From positions 10,057 to 74,056 of the IMG/VR virus record IMGVR_UViG_3300017917_001687: a stretch of DNA of 64,000 nucleotides. One strand, given 5' to 3'. Below the pieces are notes generated by a model. It worked only from the letters and a program-made list of their open reading frames with translations. It ran no database searches and was not told the DNA's origin. The position numbers and the translations under genes were made by a program. Every line of letters begins with the position of its first letter. Position 1 is the stretch's first letter. Of the stretch, positions 17,471 through 27,000 are shown piece by piece. This DNA comes from a virus.

Positions 17471-20326
17471 ATGGCAAATTCAAACAGAGTTTTTGTGTCA
17501 CCGGGTGTGTATACATCTGAAAAAGATTTAACATTTGTAGCACAAAGTGTAGGGGTGAGTACGTTGGGATTAGTGGGTGAAACACTAAGAGGTCCAGCTT
17601 TCGAACCAATTTTAATAACAGACTTCGATGAGTTCAAATCATATTTTGGTGGAACTTTACCTGAAAAAGATGGTAATGGCAACCCAAAATATGAATTACC
17701 TTATTTCGCTAAGGCTTATCTTGAAGAATCTAATCAATTATTCGTAACTAGAATACTTGGATTAACAGGTTATAAACCAGTAAAAACATTCGCAATTCAA
17801 ACTATAGGTGGTGTTGAAGTTGATACTACAACGTATACAGGTACAACGTATACAGGTACAACAATGACAGTTACAGGTATTACCGGATCATCATTTTATA
17901 ACATATTATCAGGTGTCACATCTTACGATGGACAATCTATGTTAAATTATTTCACAACCAATTATAGCGGTCTAACCTCGGGTCAAACTGGTACTTGGTT
18001 TGTTATGGGTCTTGTACCTGAAAGTGCAACAAGTGGTTTAACAGCAGGTTTAGAGGTTATTTCACCTTTGACTGGTTTAAATAATGCCGATAATAACAAC
18101 ACCAAAGAATGGTACAATGTATTAGTAAACAGTACATACGATAATGTTTATTCGTATTTGTTTGTTTACAATAGTGGAACCACGTCATTTAATTACACTG
18201 AATTTGAGTATTCAGCAACACAATACACTGAATATAACAATAGAGTAGTTGCGGCTTTAAGATCAAGAGGTTCTTATGCGGGACAAACATTAACTCTTGA
18301 AACGACATCTAATTCTAATTTTAACATTTCAGGTTCAGATTTATCGGTTAATCCACTTTCTGAATTTACACTTAATGTTACAGGTTCAACAAGTAACTCT
18401 AAAACATTTACTTGTAGTTTAGATACATCATCATCAAAATACATTACTAAAGTATTGGGTACAGATGTTTATGATAAATTAAGATCTGAAATTCCTGTTT
18501 ATGTTTACGAAGTTTACCCTAATTACTTAAAAGCAGCATTTGAACAAGGTTTCATAAAAGGTTTAAGTTTAACTGAAGTTTATAACACCGAAAATAATTC
18601 ATTCTTAAGAGGATGGGATACACCGGTATCACCAATGGTGGTATCTGAAGTTAGAGGTGGTGAAGTTTCAGACTTATTTGAAATTGTAACCATATCTGAT
18701 GGTGATGGTGCAAACTACGATGTTAAAGTTTCATTTATTAATATTGATATTGAAACAGGTGAGTTTGATGTAATTGTTCGTGATTTTAACGATACCGATG
18801 ATAACATTGTTGTACTTGAGAAATTTACAAGATGTTCAATGAATCCTGACGTAACTGGTTATGTTGGAAGAAAAATTGGTACTGTTGATGGTGAATATGA
18901 ATTACGTTCAAGATACATTATGTTACAAATGAACGAAAATCACCCGGTAGATGCGTACCCTGCAGGTTTTAAAGGATTTGTTAGTCACACATCATTCGGT
19001 GGTAGTTCACCATTAGGTTCAGTAATGTATAAAACACAATACTACACCGCTGGTGACACTACAGGATATCAAGTGGATGGTACACCTATTTTATCAGGTG
19101 GAGACAAATTGAGAAGAAGTTACTTAGGTGTATCAAGTCAAGTTGGTCTTGATAGAGACTTATTGAAATTCAAAGGTACATCGGCAGTTGGTGTAACCAA
19201 AGGTTTCCACTTATCAACAAATGCTTCAACAATCACAGGAACAACCTTTATTACAACTCCTTACGATTTAGAAGGACAAACAGGAACAGATAATTTCTTA
19301 ACAACTTTAGGTAATCGTAAATTCACAACAGTTGTTTGTGGTGGTTTCGATGGTTGGGACATTTACAGAAATGTAAGGACTTATGGTGACGAATACATTT
19401 ATGGTAAGAAAACTTACGTGAGTGGTGACACCAACAATGGTGGTGTATTTAGTACTTCATCTACAAGTCCTAATTCTGACTACTACGCATACATTAAAGG
19501 TATCGATACGTTCGCTAACCCTGAAGCTGTTGATATTAACATATTTGCAACCGCAGGTATTAACTTCTACGACCATAGTTCATTGACAACATACGCAATT
19601 GACACAATTGAAGAAGATAGAGCGGATTCATTATATGTGATATCTTCACCAAATTACCCAACATCTGATGAAGTGTTAGACGCATTGGACACTGTTGAAT
19701 TGGATAGTAACTATTCAGCAACATACTGGCCATGGATTCAAATCAGAGATGTTGATAATGCAACACAAATATATGTTCCACCAACAGGTGAAGTATTAAG
19801 AAATATTGCATTAACCGACAACGTATCGTTCCCATGGTTCGCAGTGGCTGGTTACTCAAGAGGTTTAGTTAACTCAATCAAAGCGGTTAAGAAATTAACT
19901 CTTGATGAACGTGATGACCTATACAAAGGAAGAATCAATCCAATTGCAACTTTCTCAGATACAGGAACAATTATTTGGGGTAACAAAACTTTACAAGTTA
20001 GAGAATCTGCACTTGATAGAATAAACGTAAGAAGATTGTTGTTAAGAGCAAGAAAATTAATTTCAGCAGTTGCGATTAGATTGTTATTTGAACAAAATGA
20101 TGAGATTGTACGTAACGAGTTCTTGAGATTAGTTAATCCTATTCTTGAATCAATTAAGAGAGAAAGAGGTCTATATGAGTTTAGAGTAACAGTATCTAAC
20201 GATCCGGAAGATATTGACGCTAACACATTAAGAGGTAAGATTTATATTAAACCAACTCGTTCTCTTGAATTCATAGATGTTGAATTTATAATTACACCTA
20301 CAGGTGCATCGTTTGATAATATCTAA
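17471..20326 (+). CDS. Contractile tail sheath protein (gp18-like)
   Basis: FVSPGVYTSEKD N-terminus; YSATYWPW, PWFAVAGYSRG, RINPI, WGNKTLQ, LDRINVRRLL, LFEQND, IYIKPTRSLEFI. Confidence 0.95.
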   Translation: MANSNRVFVSPGVYTSEKDLTFVAQSVGVSTLGLVGETLRGPAFEPILITDFDEFKSYFGGTLPEKDGNGNPKYELPYFAKAYLEESNQLFVTRILGLTGYKPVKTFAIQTIGGVEVDTTTYTGTTYTGTTMTVTGITGSSFYNILSGVTSYDGQSMLNYFTTNYSGLTSGQTGTWFVMGLVPESATSGLTAGLEVISPLTGLNNADNNNTKEWYNVLVNSTYDNVYSYLFVYNSGTTSFNYTEFEYSATQYTEYNNRVVAALRSRGSYAGQTLTLETTSNSNFNISGSDLSVNPLSEFTLNVTGSTSNSKTFTCSLDTSSSKYITKVLGTDVYDKLRSEIPVYVYEVYPNYLKAAFEQGFIKGLSLTEVYNTENNSFLRGWDTPVSPMVVSEVRGGEVSDLFEIVTISDGDGANYDVKVSFINIDIETGEFDVIVRDFNDTDDNIVVLEKFTRCSMNPDVTGYVGRKIGTVDGEYELRSRYIMLQMNENHPVDAYPAGFKGFVSHTSFGGSSPLGSVMYKTQYYTAGDTTGYQVDGTPILSGGDKLRRSYLGVSSQVGLDRDLLKFKGTSAVGVTKGFHLSTNASTITGTTFITTPYDLEGQTGTDNFLTTLGNRKFTTVVCGGFDGWDIYRNVRTYGDEYIYGKKTYVSGDTNNGGVFSTSSTSPNSDYYAYIKGIDTFANPEAVDINIFATAGINFYDHSSLTTYAIDTIEEDRADSLYVISSPNYPTSDEVLDALDTVELDSNYSATYWPWIQIRDVDNATQIYVPPTGEVLRNIALTDNVSFPWFAVAGYSRGLVNSIKAVKKLTLDERDDLYKGRINPIATFSDTGTIIWGNKTLQVRESALDRINVRRLLLRARKLISAVAIRLLFEQNDEIVRNEFLRLVNPILESIKRERGLYEFRVTVSNDPEDIDANTLRGKIYIKPTRSLEFIDVEFIITPTGASFDNI
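17827..17862 (+). repeat. 15-nt tandem duplication TACAACGTATACAGG in the sheath gene (TTYTG x2)
   Basis: Two exact copies plus a partial third copy. Confidence 0.8.
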
Positions 20327-20331
20327 TAAAA

Positions 20332-20366
20332 AAATAAGGGGGGATTTTCGTCCTCCCTTATTTCTT
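20332..20366 (+). terminator. Hairpin / probable intrinsic terminator after the sheath gene
   Basis: AAATAAGGGGGGA-TTTTCG-TCCTCCCTTATTT, a 13-bp stem with one G-U pair. Confidence 0.7.
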
Positions 20367-20374
20367 AAAAAATT

Positions 20375-20480
20375 TACCCAGTATAATACTAGAATATTAT
20401 AAACTAGTATATTTTAATCTAGAACTAGACTAGAAATATTTAATACTAGATTAATTTATTCTGGAACTGGATACTGGGTA
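20375..20480. repeat. CTAG/CTGG motif array bounded by a perfect 10-bp inverted repeat
   Basis: TACCCAGTAT (20375-20384) and ATACTGGGTA (20471-20480); CTAG at 20389, 20404, 20419, 20425, 20430, 20446; CTGG at 20461, 20467, 20474. Confidence 0.8.
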
Positions 20481-20547
20481 TGTAAAAAATAAGAAAAAAA
20501 AATAACAAAGTCAAGCAACACAATAAAAATATTTTTCAAATACGTAG

Positions 20548-20555
20548 TATTTATA
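20548..20555 (+). promoter_or_regulatory. Putative late promoter TATTTATA (tail tube)
   Basis: Recurrent motif downstream of the sheath terminator. Confidence 0.6.
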
Positions 20556-20593
20556 GGAAAAGAAAATAACTAAAAAAATTAAGAAATAAAAAA

Positions 20594-21082
20594 ATGGCAG
20601 ATTTATTAATGAAAATGCCGGTTCCATACGAACCGAAAAGAGTTAACAGGTTTATACTAAGATTCCCTTCAAGTTTGGGTATAAATGAATGGTATGTAGC
20701 ATCAGCAGCTAGACCAAGTGCAAAAATTAATGCGGTTGAAATTCCTTTCATCAACACTTCAACTTTCGTTGCAGGTAGATTTAATTGGAACGAAATTAGG
20801 GTTAAATTCAAAGATCCAATCGGACCTTCGGCCTCTCAAGCGTTGATGGAATGGTTCCGTTTACATGCGGAATCAGTTACAGGACGTATGGGTTATGCTG
20901 CTGGTTATAAGAAAGACATTGAATTGGAAATGTTAGACCCAACAGGTGTTGTGGTTGAAAAGTGGATTCTTCAAGGTACTTTCATTACCGATTTGAACTT
21001 TAATGAATTAGATTACAATAATGATGCGTTGGCGTCTATTGATTGTTCTCTTCGCATGGATCGTTGTATCCAAGTTTACTAA
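20594..21082 (+). CDS. Tail tube protein (gp19-like)
   Basis: EPKRVNRFILRF, AGRFNWNEIRVKFKD, YKKDIELEMLDPTGVVVEKWILQGTF..LDY; follows the sheath gene. Confidence 0.9.
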   Translation: MADLLMKMPVPYEPKRVNRFILRFPSSLGINEWYVASAARPSAKINAVEIPFINTSTFVAGRFNWNEIRVKFKDPIGPSASQALMEWFRLHAESVTGRMGYAAGYKKDIELEMLDPTGVVVEKWILQGTFITDLNFNELDYNNDALASIDCSLRMDRCIQVY

Positions 21083-21110
21083 TATTTACAAAAATACATC
21101 TGTCAACATA

Positions 21111-21143
21111 AAAGGTCTCTCAAAAGGAGACCTTTACTTTTTT
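21111..21143 (+). terminator. Intrinsic terminator after the tail tube gene
   Basis: AAAGGTCTC / GAGACCTTT stem followed by ACTTTTTT. Confidence 0.75.
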
Positions 21144-21189
21144 ATATAAGTTTTGTAAATTGATATAGTTATATAAAAAAATAATCAAT

Positions 21190-21939
21190 ATGGAAGAATA
21201 TAGAATAGATCCAACAATTTCTTATGATGTGGTTGAATTACCAAGTAGAGGTATACACTACCCAAATAACAAAAAATCAGTAAAAGTTTCTTACTTGACA
21301 GCATCCGATGAAAACATACTTTCATCTCAAAATTTAATTGCAACAAATGGTGTAATGGAAGAGTTGTTGAAAAGAAAAGTCTTGGATAAAGATATTGATA
21401 CAAATGATTTGGCGGAAGAAGATAAACAAGCAATTCTTTTATTTTTAAGAAACACCGCATTTGGTCCCGAATATAAATTTTATTTAACCGACCCAAAAAC
21501 CGAAAAAGAATTTACATCCTCGGTTGATTTAAGTGAAGTTAAATTCAAAGATTTCACACTTGTTCCTGATGCGAATGGTGAATTTAATTACCACATGAGT
21601 AAATGTAATGTTGATATTACGTTTAAATTCTTAACACCAAAACAAAAAGAAGATATCAAAAAAATTGAAGAAAGTTGGAATGGTCTTGGTGTTGCACCAA
21701 TTATTACCAAACAACTTGAAATGATGATTAAATCAGTTGCAGGTAATAAAGATATGATGAACATACACAATTTTGTTGAGAAATTACCAATAAAGGACTC
21801 ACAAGATTTTAAAAAATATGTTAAAGATAATACACCAGGTTTAGACCTTAAAAGAACAGTTAAGACCCCGTCAGGAGATGACATCCAAGTTGAAGTTGGA
21901 TTCGGGGTAGAGTTTTTTCGCCCTTTCTACGGATTATAA
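21190..21939 (+). CDS. Baseplate hub assembly / tail assembly chaperone (T4 gp26-like)
   Basis: VELPSRG..Y, YLTASDENIL, AILLFLRNTAFG..Y and a C-terminal FGVEFFRP; lies between tube and tape measure. Confidence 0.75.
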   Translation: MEEYRIDPTISYDVVELPSRGIHYPNNKKSVKVSYLTASDENILSSQNLIATNGVMEELLKRKVLDKDIDTNDLAEEDKQAILLFLRNTAFGPEYKFYLTDPKTEKEFTSSVDLSEVKFKDFTLVPDANGEFNYHMSKCNVDITFKFLTPKQKEDIKKIEESWNGLGVAPIITKQLEMMIKSVAGNKDMMNIHNFVEKLPIKDSQDFKKYVKDNTPGLDLKRTVKTPSGDDIQVEVGFGVEFFRPFYGL

Positions 21940-22072
21940 AAAAGGTCAATTAGACGAAATACTTTTTTTGGTTAAAAGAGGATTCTCTTATGGAGACATT
22001 CTTTCAATGCCCGTCTTTATTAGAAGGTATTATGTTGAGTACATTTTGGAATTGGAAAATGATCCAAGTTAA
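21911..22072 (+). CDS. gp51-like chaperone extension in the +1 frame (probably reached by frameshift; absent from the ORF track)
   Basis: +1 frame opens after TAG 21908-21910 and reads (S)FFALSTDYKKGQLDEILFLVKRGFSYGDILSMPVFIRRYYVEYILELENDPS. FSYGDILSMPVFIRRYY resembles gp51/G-T chaperone C-termini. No ATG at the start. Confidence 0.65.
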   Translation, partial: SFFALSTDYKKGQLDEILFLVKRGFSYGDILSMPVFIRRYYVEYILELENDPS

Positions 22073-22080
22073 TATTTATT
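22073..22080 (+). promoter_or_regulatory. Putative late promoter TATTTATT (tape measure)
   Basis: 3 nt before ATG 22084. Confidence 0.55.
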
Positions 22081-22083
22081 AGT

Positions 22084-23967
22084 ATGCCAGACATTAGTAA
22101 AATAAAAAAAGGTCTAAGTGAAGACGCATTTAAAAACGAATACGACAAACTATTAATACAAGAAAAAGGTACTTTTAACTTAAAAAGTTTTCAAAACTCT
22201 TGGAATATTTATAGAACGCCGTTAGATCGTACAAGCATACCAACAATTAGTAGTGTTACAAGTAGTTTATCGTCTGGTTTTGAAAAGGCGATAGGTGCTG
22301 GAGAAAGTTCAGGATATTTTCCGGATGAGAGTAAGCTATCGGAAAAAGTGGGTGAATTCGTAAAAAATATAGGATTAATAACCCAACCATTAGAACTAGG
22401 TAAAAAACTATTAGGTGATGTGGTTGATGAAACTTTATTTTTTTATAAACAACAATCAGAATTAGTTAGATCTATTAATAGAGAGGCTGGTTTAACTGGT
22501 GATTTTGCAGCCGCTGTTAGAGAAGAATTGACAATGGCAAATCCAGAATTATTAAGATTTGGTATTTCATTTCAAGAATTATCTAACTCAGCTAAAAGTG
22601 TTGTTGATAATAGTGGTAGGTTTTTAGCTCTTAATAGAAGTACATGGAAAGAAACGGGTGTGGCGGCTTCCGCATACGTTGGTACTCTTAGTGAGTTGAC
22701 CGCAATGTTTCCACAATTTGAAAAAATTGGTATTGGTGCAGGTGATGTTTCAAAACAAATTGAAATGGTTGGTAAGAGATCAATAGAATTGGGTTTACAA
22801 TCACAAAAAACAACAAAAGATTTAAGTATGAATTTAAGTAAGTTAAACGAATATGGTTTTAAAAATGGAACACAAGGTTTGGCTGAAATGGTTAGGAAAT
22901 CAACAGAATTAAGATATAACATGGGTGAAGTATTTAAAATTGCTGAAAAAGTGTTTGAACCAGAAGGTGCTATTGATTTGGCCGCAAATTTACAAGCAAT
23001 TGGTGGAGCAATTGGTGACTTTAATGACCCATTAAAACTTATGTATATGGCGACTAATAATGTTGAGGGATTGGGTACCGCTCTTGAGGGTGTTGCTGGT
23101 TCATTGGCGACATATAACGAAGAACAAGGTAGATTTGAGATAACAGGTGTTAATTTAAGAAAAGCAAGAGCATTAGCAAAAGAATTGGGTATAGAATATG
23201 GTGAACTTGCAAATATGGCAACAGCATCTGCCGAAAGAGCGTCAGCTGCTGCTGATTTAATGGCGACTGGTTTATCGTTAGATGAAGATCAAAAAAGATT
23301 TATCACCAACATAGCAACCATGAAAGATGGTAAAATGCAAATAGAATTACAAAGTGATAAATTAAAAGGTATTTTTCAGACAGATAGAATCGCTCTAGAG
23401 GATTTAAGTAAAACACAAGTTGATGAATTAATTAGTTTCCAAAACGAATTTAAAAAATTATCCAAGGAGGAAATTGTACAAAAACAAGCCACGGATATTG
23501 AAAACATTGGTAGAAATATTCAATTTTTGACTGCGGTGGCTAGAGAAAGGTTAGTTAGGGAAAGTAAAGATATCTTAGGAACAATAGTAAAAAAACTTGG
23601 TTACGATCCTGAAACTGTCTATAAAGACATTAATGAAAAACTTAATAAAGGTATTGTTGATTTAGGAAACACAATAAAATCAAAACCCGACTTAAATAAA
23701 GAAAACAATCGTTCAAAATCTGAGATACAACCAACAACCAAATTGACTGAAGATAAAATGAAATCTGGTTATGATCGTTTAAAGGAAACATATGATGAAA
23801 TACGTACATCAATAAACAATAAAGAGACACAACCAAAAAAACTTGATATAAGCTTGAATTACAATTCACCGAATATGTTAGATAATCTTAGTAGAGGGTT
23901 ATTTAGAAGTCCTGAATTTGTTGACACCATTAAAAATGGGATAATTGATGATAAATCATATGTTTAA
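22084..23967 (+). CDS. Tape measure protein (probable)
   Basis: Helical Ala/Gly/Leu/Lys-rich protein directly after the chaperone genes. Confidence 0.65.
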   Translation: MPDISKIKKGLSEDAFKNEYDKLLIQEKGTFNLKSFQNSWNIYRTPLDRTSIPTISSVTSSLSSGFEKAIGAGESSGYFPDESKLSEKVGEFVKNIGLITQPLELGKKLLGDVVDETLFFYKQQSELVRSINREAGLTGDFAAAVREELTMANPELLRFGISFQELSNSAKSVVDNSGRFLALNRSTWKETGVAASAYVGTLSELTAMFPQFEKIGIGAGDVSKQIEMVGKRSIELGLQSQKTTKDLSMNLSKLNEYGFKNGTQGLAEMVRKSTELRYNMGEVFKIAEKVFEPEGAIDLAANLQAIGGAIGDFNDPLKLMYMATNNVEGLGTALEGVAGSLATYNEEQGRFEITGVNLRKARALAKELGIEYGELANMATASAERASAAADLMATGLSLDEDQKRFITNIATMKDGKMQIELQSDKLKGIFQTDRIALEDLSKTQVDELISFQNEFKKLSKEEIVQKQATDIENIGRNIQFLTAVARERLVRESKDILGTIVKKLGYDPETVYKDINEKLNKGIVDLGNTIKSKPDLNKENNRSKSEIQPTTKLTEDKMKSGYDRLKETYDEIRTSINNKETQPKKLDISLNYNSPNMLDNLSRGLFRSPEFVDTIKNGIIDDKSYV

Positions 23968-23983
23968 AATTAGGTATTATACC

Positions 23984-23991
23984 TATTTATT
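23984..23991 (+). promoter_or_regulatory. Putative late promoter TATTTATT
   Basis: 14 nt before ATG 24006. Confidence 0.5.
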
Positions 23992-24005
23992 ATAAAAGAA
24001 TTAAG

Positions 24006-27000
24006 ATGCCAACATATTTAGATTTTGATACAACGAAAACCTTTAGGAATTCTTTAATTGCAAGAACATTACAAAGACCGAATGGTCCACAAACATTCAC
24101 TGCAACAAATTATATAGTTCAAAATTTGAATGATTTATCAAACGTGGATCCTGGAGATGTTGATGACGACAGACCTCAACAACTTCAAAAAACCTCTTCA
24201 ATAAACACATTTAAACCAAATTTCTACAATATAGTAGAAAACTTGAGAGTATTACCAAGAAGAGCTAATTTGGGATTATATCCATATTTTACTTCGGGAA
24301 ATTACAATCTTGTTGGTATAATGTCAAGAAGTGATTACGAAAACGAATCTGAGTTATTTAAGTTTGCGGCTTCAAATATACGTAACAATGAACAAGGACC
24401 AGTATTTGGTAGATTAAGTCAAAATCTATACACTGCAACAGCGGGAAGGGCGAGGTTTTTAGAAATATTTGATAATACGGGTAATCAATTATCAACATTA
24501 ACAAATATAATAACAGGTAGAGAACCATTAGTTGAAAAAAACTATAAAATCACCGTTGCAAGTACGTTACTTGGAAAAGGTGTTGATTTTTTACAAACTG
24601 TTGCGGGTGTAGAATCACCTTTTAGTGAAATACCCGGTGATTATTTAACAAACCCAAGAAACCCTATTAACAACAGACCACCGGCAACAACCGAAGCAGG
24701 TGCTGTTTTACAGGATGTTACTGGTGTGTTGGGTTCACTTATTGGAATACAAAGAAGACCAAAACCAACAAGAAAACCTTCCGATTTATTCATTGAATAT
24801 ATGGGTCAGGGTCAAAGACAAGTGTTGTACGATAACCTTTCATATTCAAGATATGCCCCTAATTACACAACAACGGCAAGGTCACAAAATTCATCTAAAA
24901 TTTTTAATTTTATAGATAAAGCCGCTCAAGGTGTAAAAAACTTTTTAGGATTAGAAGCACCTGAAGGTACTGCATATATTGGTGATGATAGGGCTGAAGA
25001 TGTTAAATACACAATGTCCGATTTTAATGATAATACAGTAAAAAGTAGTTATTATCTTAGTTTATTGTTTGACCCTGTTCAAGCAAATCTATTTGAAAGA
25101 CAAAGAAACGTAAGTCAAGGCGGACCAATATCGGGTAAGTTAACGTGGTTAAGTAAAAACTCAAGAAACAAAATAGGTTTACATAACGAAGAGTTTCAAC
25201 AATTTGAAAGTAATCAATTTAATGATTCTAAATCAACAGATAAAACGTTTAGAGGAGGGTCTATTCTATCAAAAACACAAGAATTACTTGATTCAATGCC
25301 TAAAGATGGTATTGGTTCAAGAACACATGTGGGTAATGCGATAGATCAAACAAGTAGAATCTTCAAAGAAGGGGATTCAATGTTATCAAGAGGTTCTGCA
25401 ATAAAATATGTTGATCAATTTAACCAAGAGACTGGTGCGGAGTTTTGTAGGGTTTGGACAAAAGACAGATCCTACTTCAACTATTCTGACACTATGAAAA
25501 GAACTGCCAATATAAGAAATTTTGATGGTAGTGTTTTAGGTGGTGATAGTAGACCATGGAATATTAACTACGCACCAATGTCAAGCGGTGTGTATGATCC
25601 AACAGGAAAAAATTCGTTTGGTGCAAAAAATTCAACAAACATATTACAAGGTCCCGACCAAGCAACAACATATGGTGGTAATGAGTTTTATGCTAAGAAA
25701 TACATGTTTTCAATTGAAAACTTAGCGTGGAGAACATCAACATCACCCGGATTCACGTATTTTGATTTACCATATTGTGAAAGAGGTTCAAATGGTGGTA
25801 GAGTAATGTGGTTTCCACCATACGATTTAAAAATTAGTGAAAACAATAGTGCTAGATGGACAGATAATACCTTTTTGGGTAGACCTGAACCAATCTACAC
25901 ATATCAAGACACATCAAGAAGTGGACAATTATCGTTTAAAGTTGTTGTCGATCACCCAAGTATTTTGAATTTATTAGTTAGAGAGGTTTTTAAAGGTATG
26001 TCAGACGATGAGGCTGATAACTATATTAATGCTTTCTTTGCTGGATGTGAAGAAGTTGATTTTTATGATTTAATAACAAGATATTCTACGTTATCTGCTA
26101 GTGACGTTCAATTGGTTCAATCCTATTTGAATAGTGGAAAAGACCCACAACAGATTAAAAAGTATAAAGCAACGACAGAGGACGTTACACTACCAAATCC
26201 AAATCAAGATCAATCAAATAATACACCCGACAAGGTAAGTATTAAAAAAGTATCATTAAAGTATGATAATGATTTACCTGGACCAAACCTAACTATTCTT
26301 ACATCACCTATTAAATACACTGATCTATACACAGCATATTCTGGACAACAATCAACACATGTTGTTGGATTAAAAGATGGTTTGATTTTACTTTCAGGTG
26401 CAACAAAAACAGAACAAAGGAAAGAAGAGATTTCACATATTTTTAATAACCCTAATGCCGTAATTGATAACACATCAATAACTGAACAACAAACTAAATT
26501 AACTGATTACTTTTATAGTGCAAACACCTCATATAACACATATTATAGTGGTGTAACAACATTAAAACAAAATTTAGAGAATAAAACGGCACAGAATATT
26601 ACTATAAAAATAGAATCATCAGCTTCTTCGGTTGCAAAAACAGATTATAATGAAAAATTGGCATTAAGAAGAAGTCATAGTGTTATACAAGATGTTTTTA
26701 ATTTATTGGCTAAGAGTGGTACAAAACCACCAACACCAAAATGGATTTCAAGTATTAGTGAGTCTGAAACTAAAGGTAGTGGAAATGATTTAGTTATTGT
26801 TGAAAAGGGTAAACCAATACAAATTACCAAAGAATACTCATTTAAAGATTTTGGTTATGATTATGATGGTAAACTGGTTGTGACATCAACAAATTATGGT
26901 GAGGTCTTCACTGGACCACAACCAGATTCTCAATGTATTAATAAAGAGTTCGAGAATTATGAAAACACCCCAAATCCTTTAAAAATATATGCTCCAATAG

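Noticed and set aside
20375-20480. Possible mini-CRISPR array
   Set aside because: Repeats are only 4-6 nt with no 25-40 nt repeat/spacer structure, and no cas genes are present.
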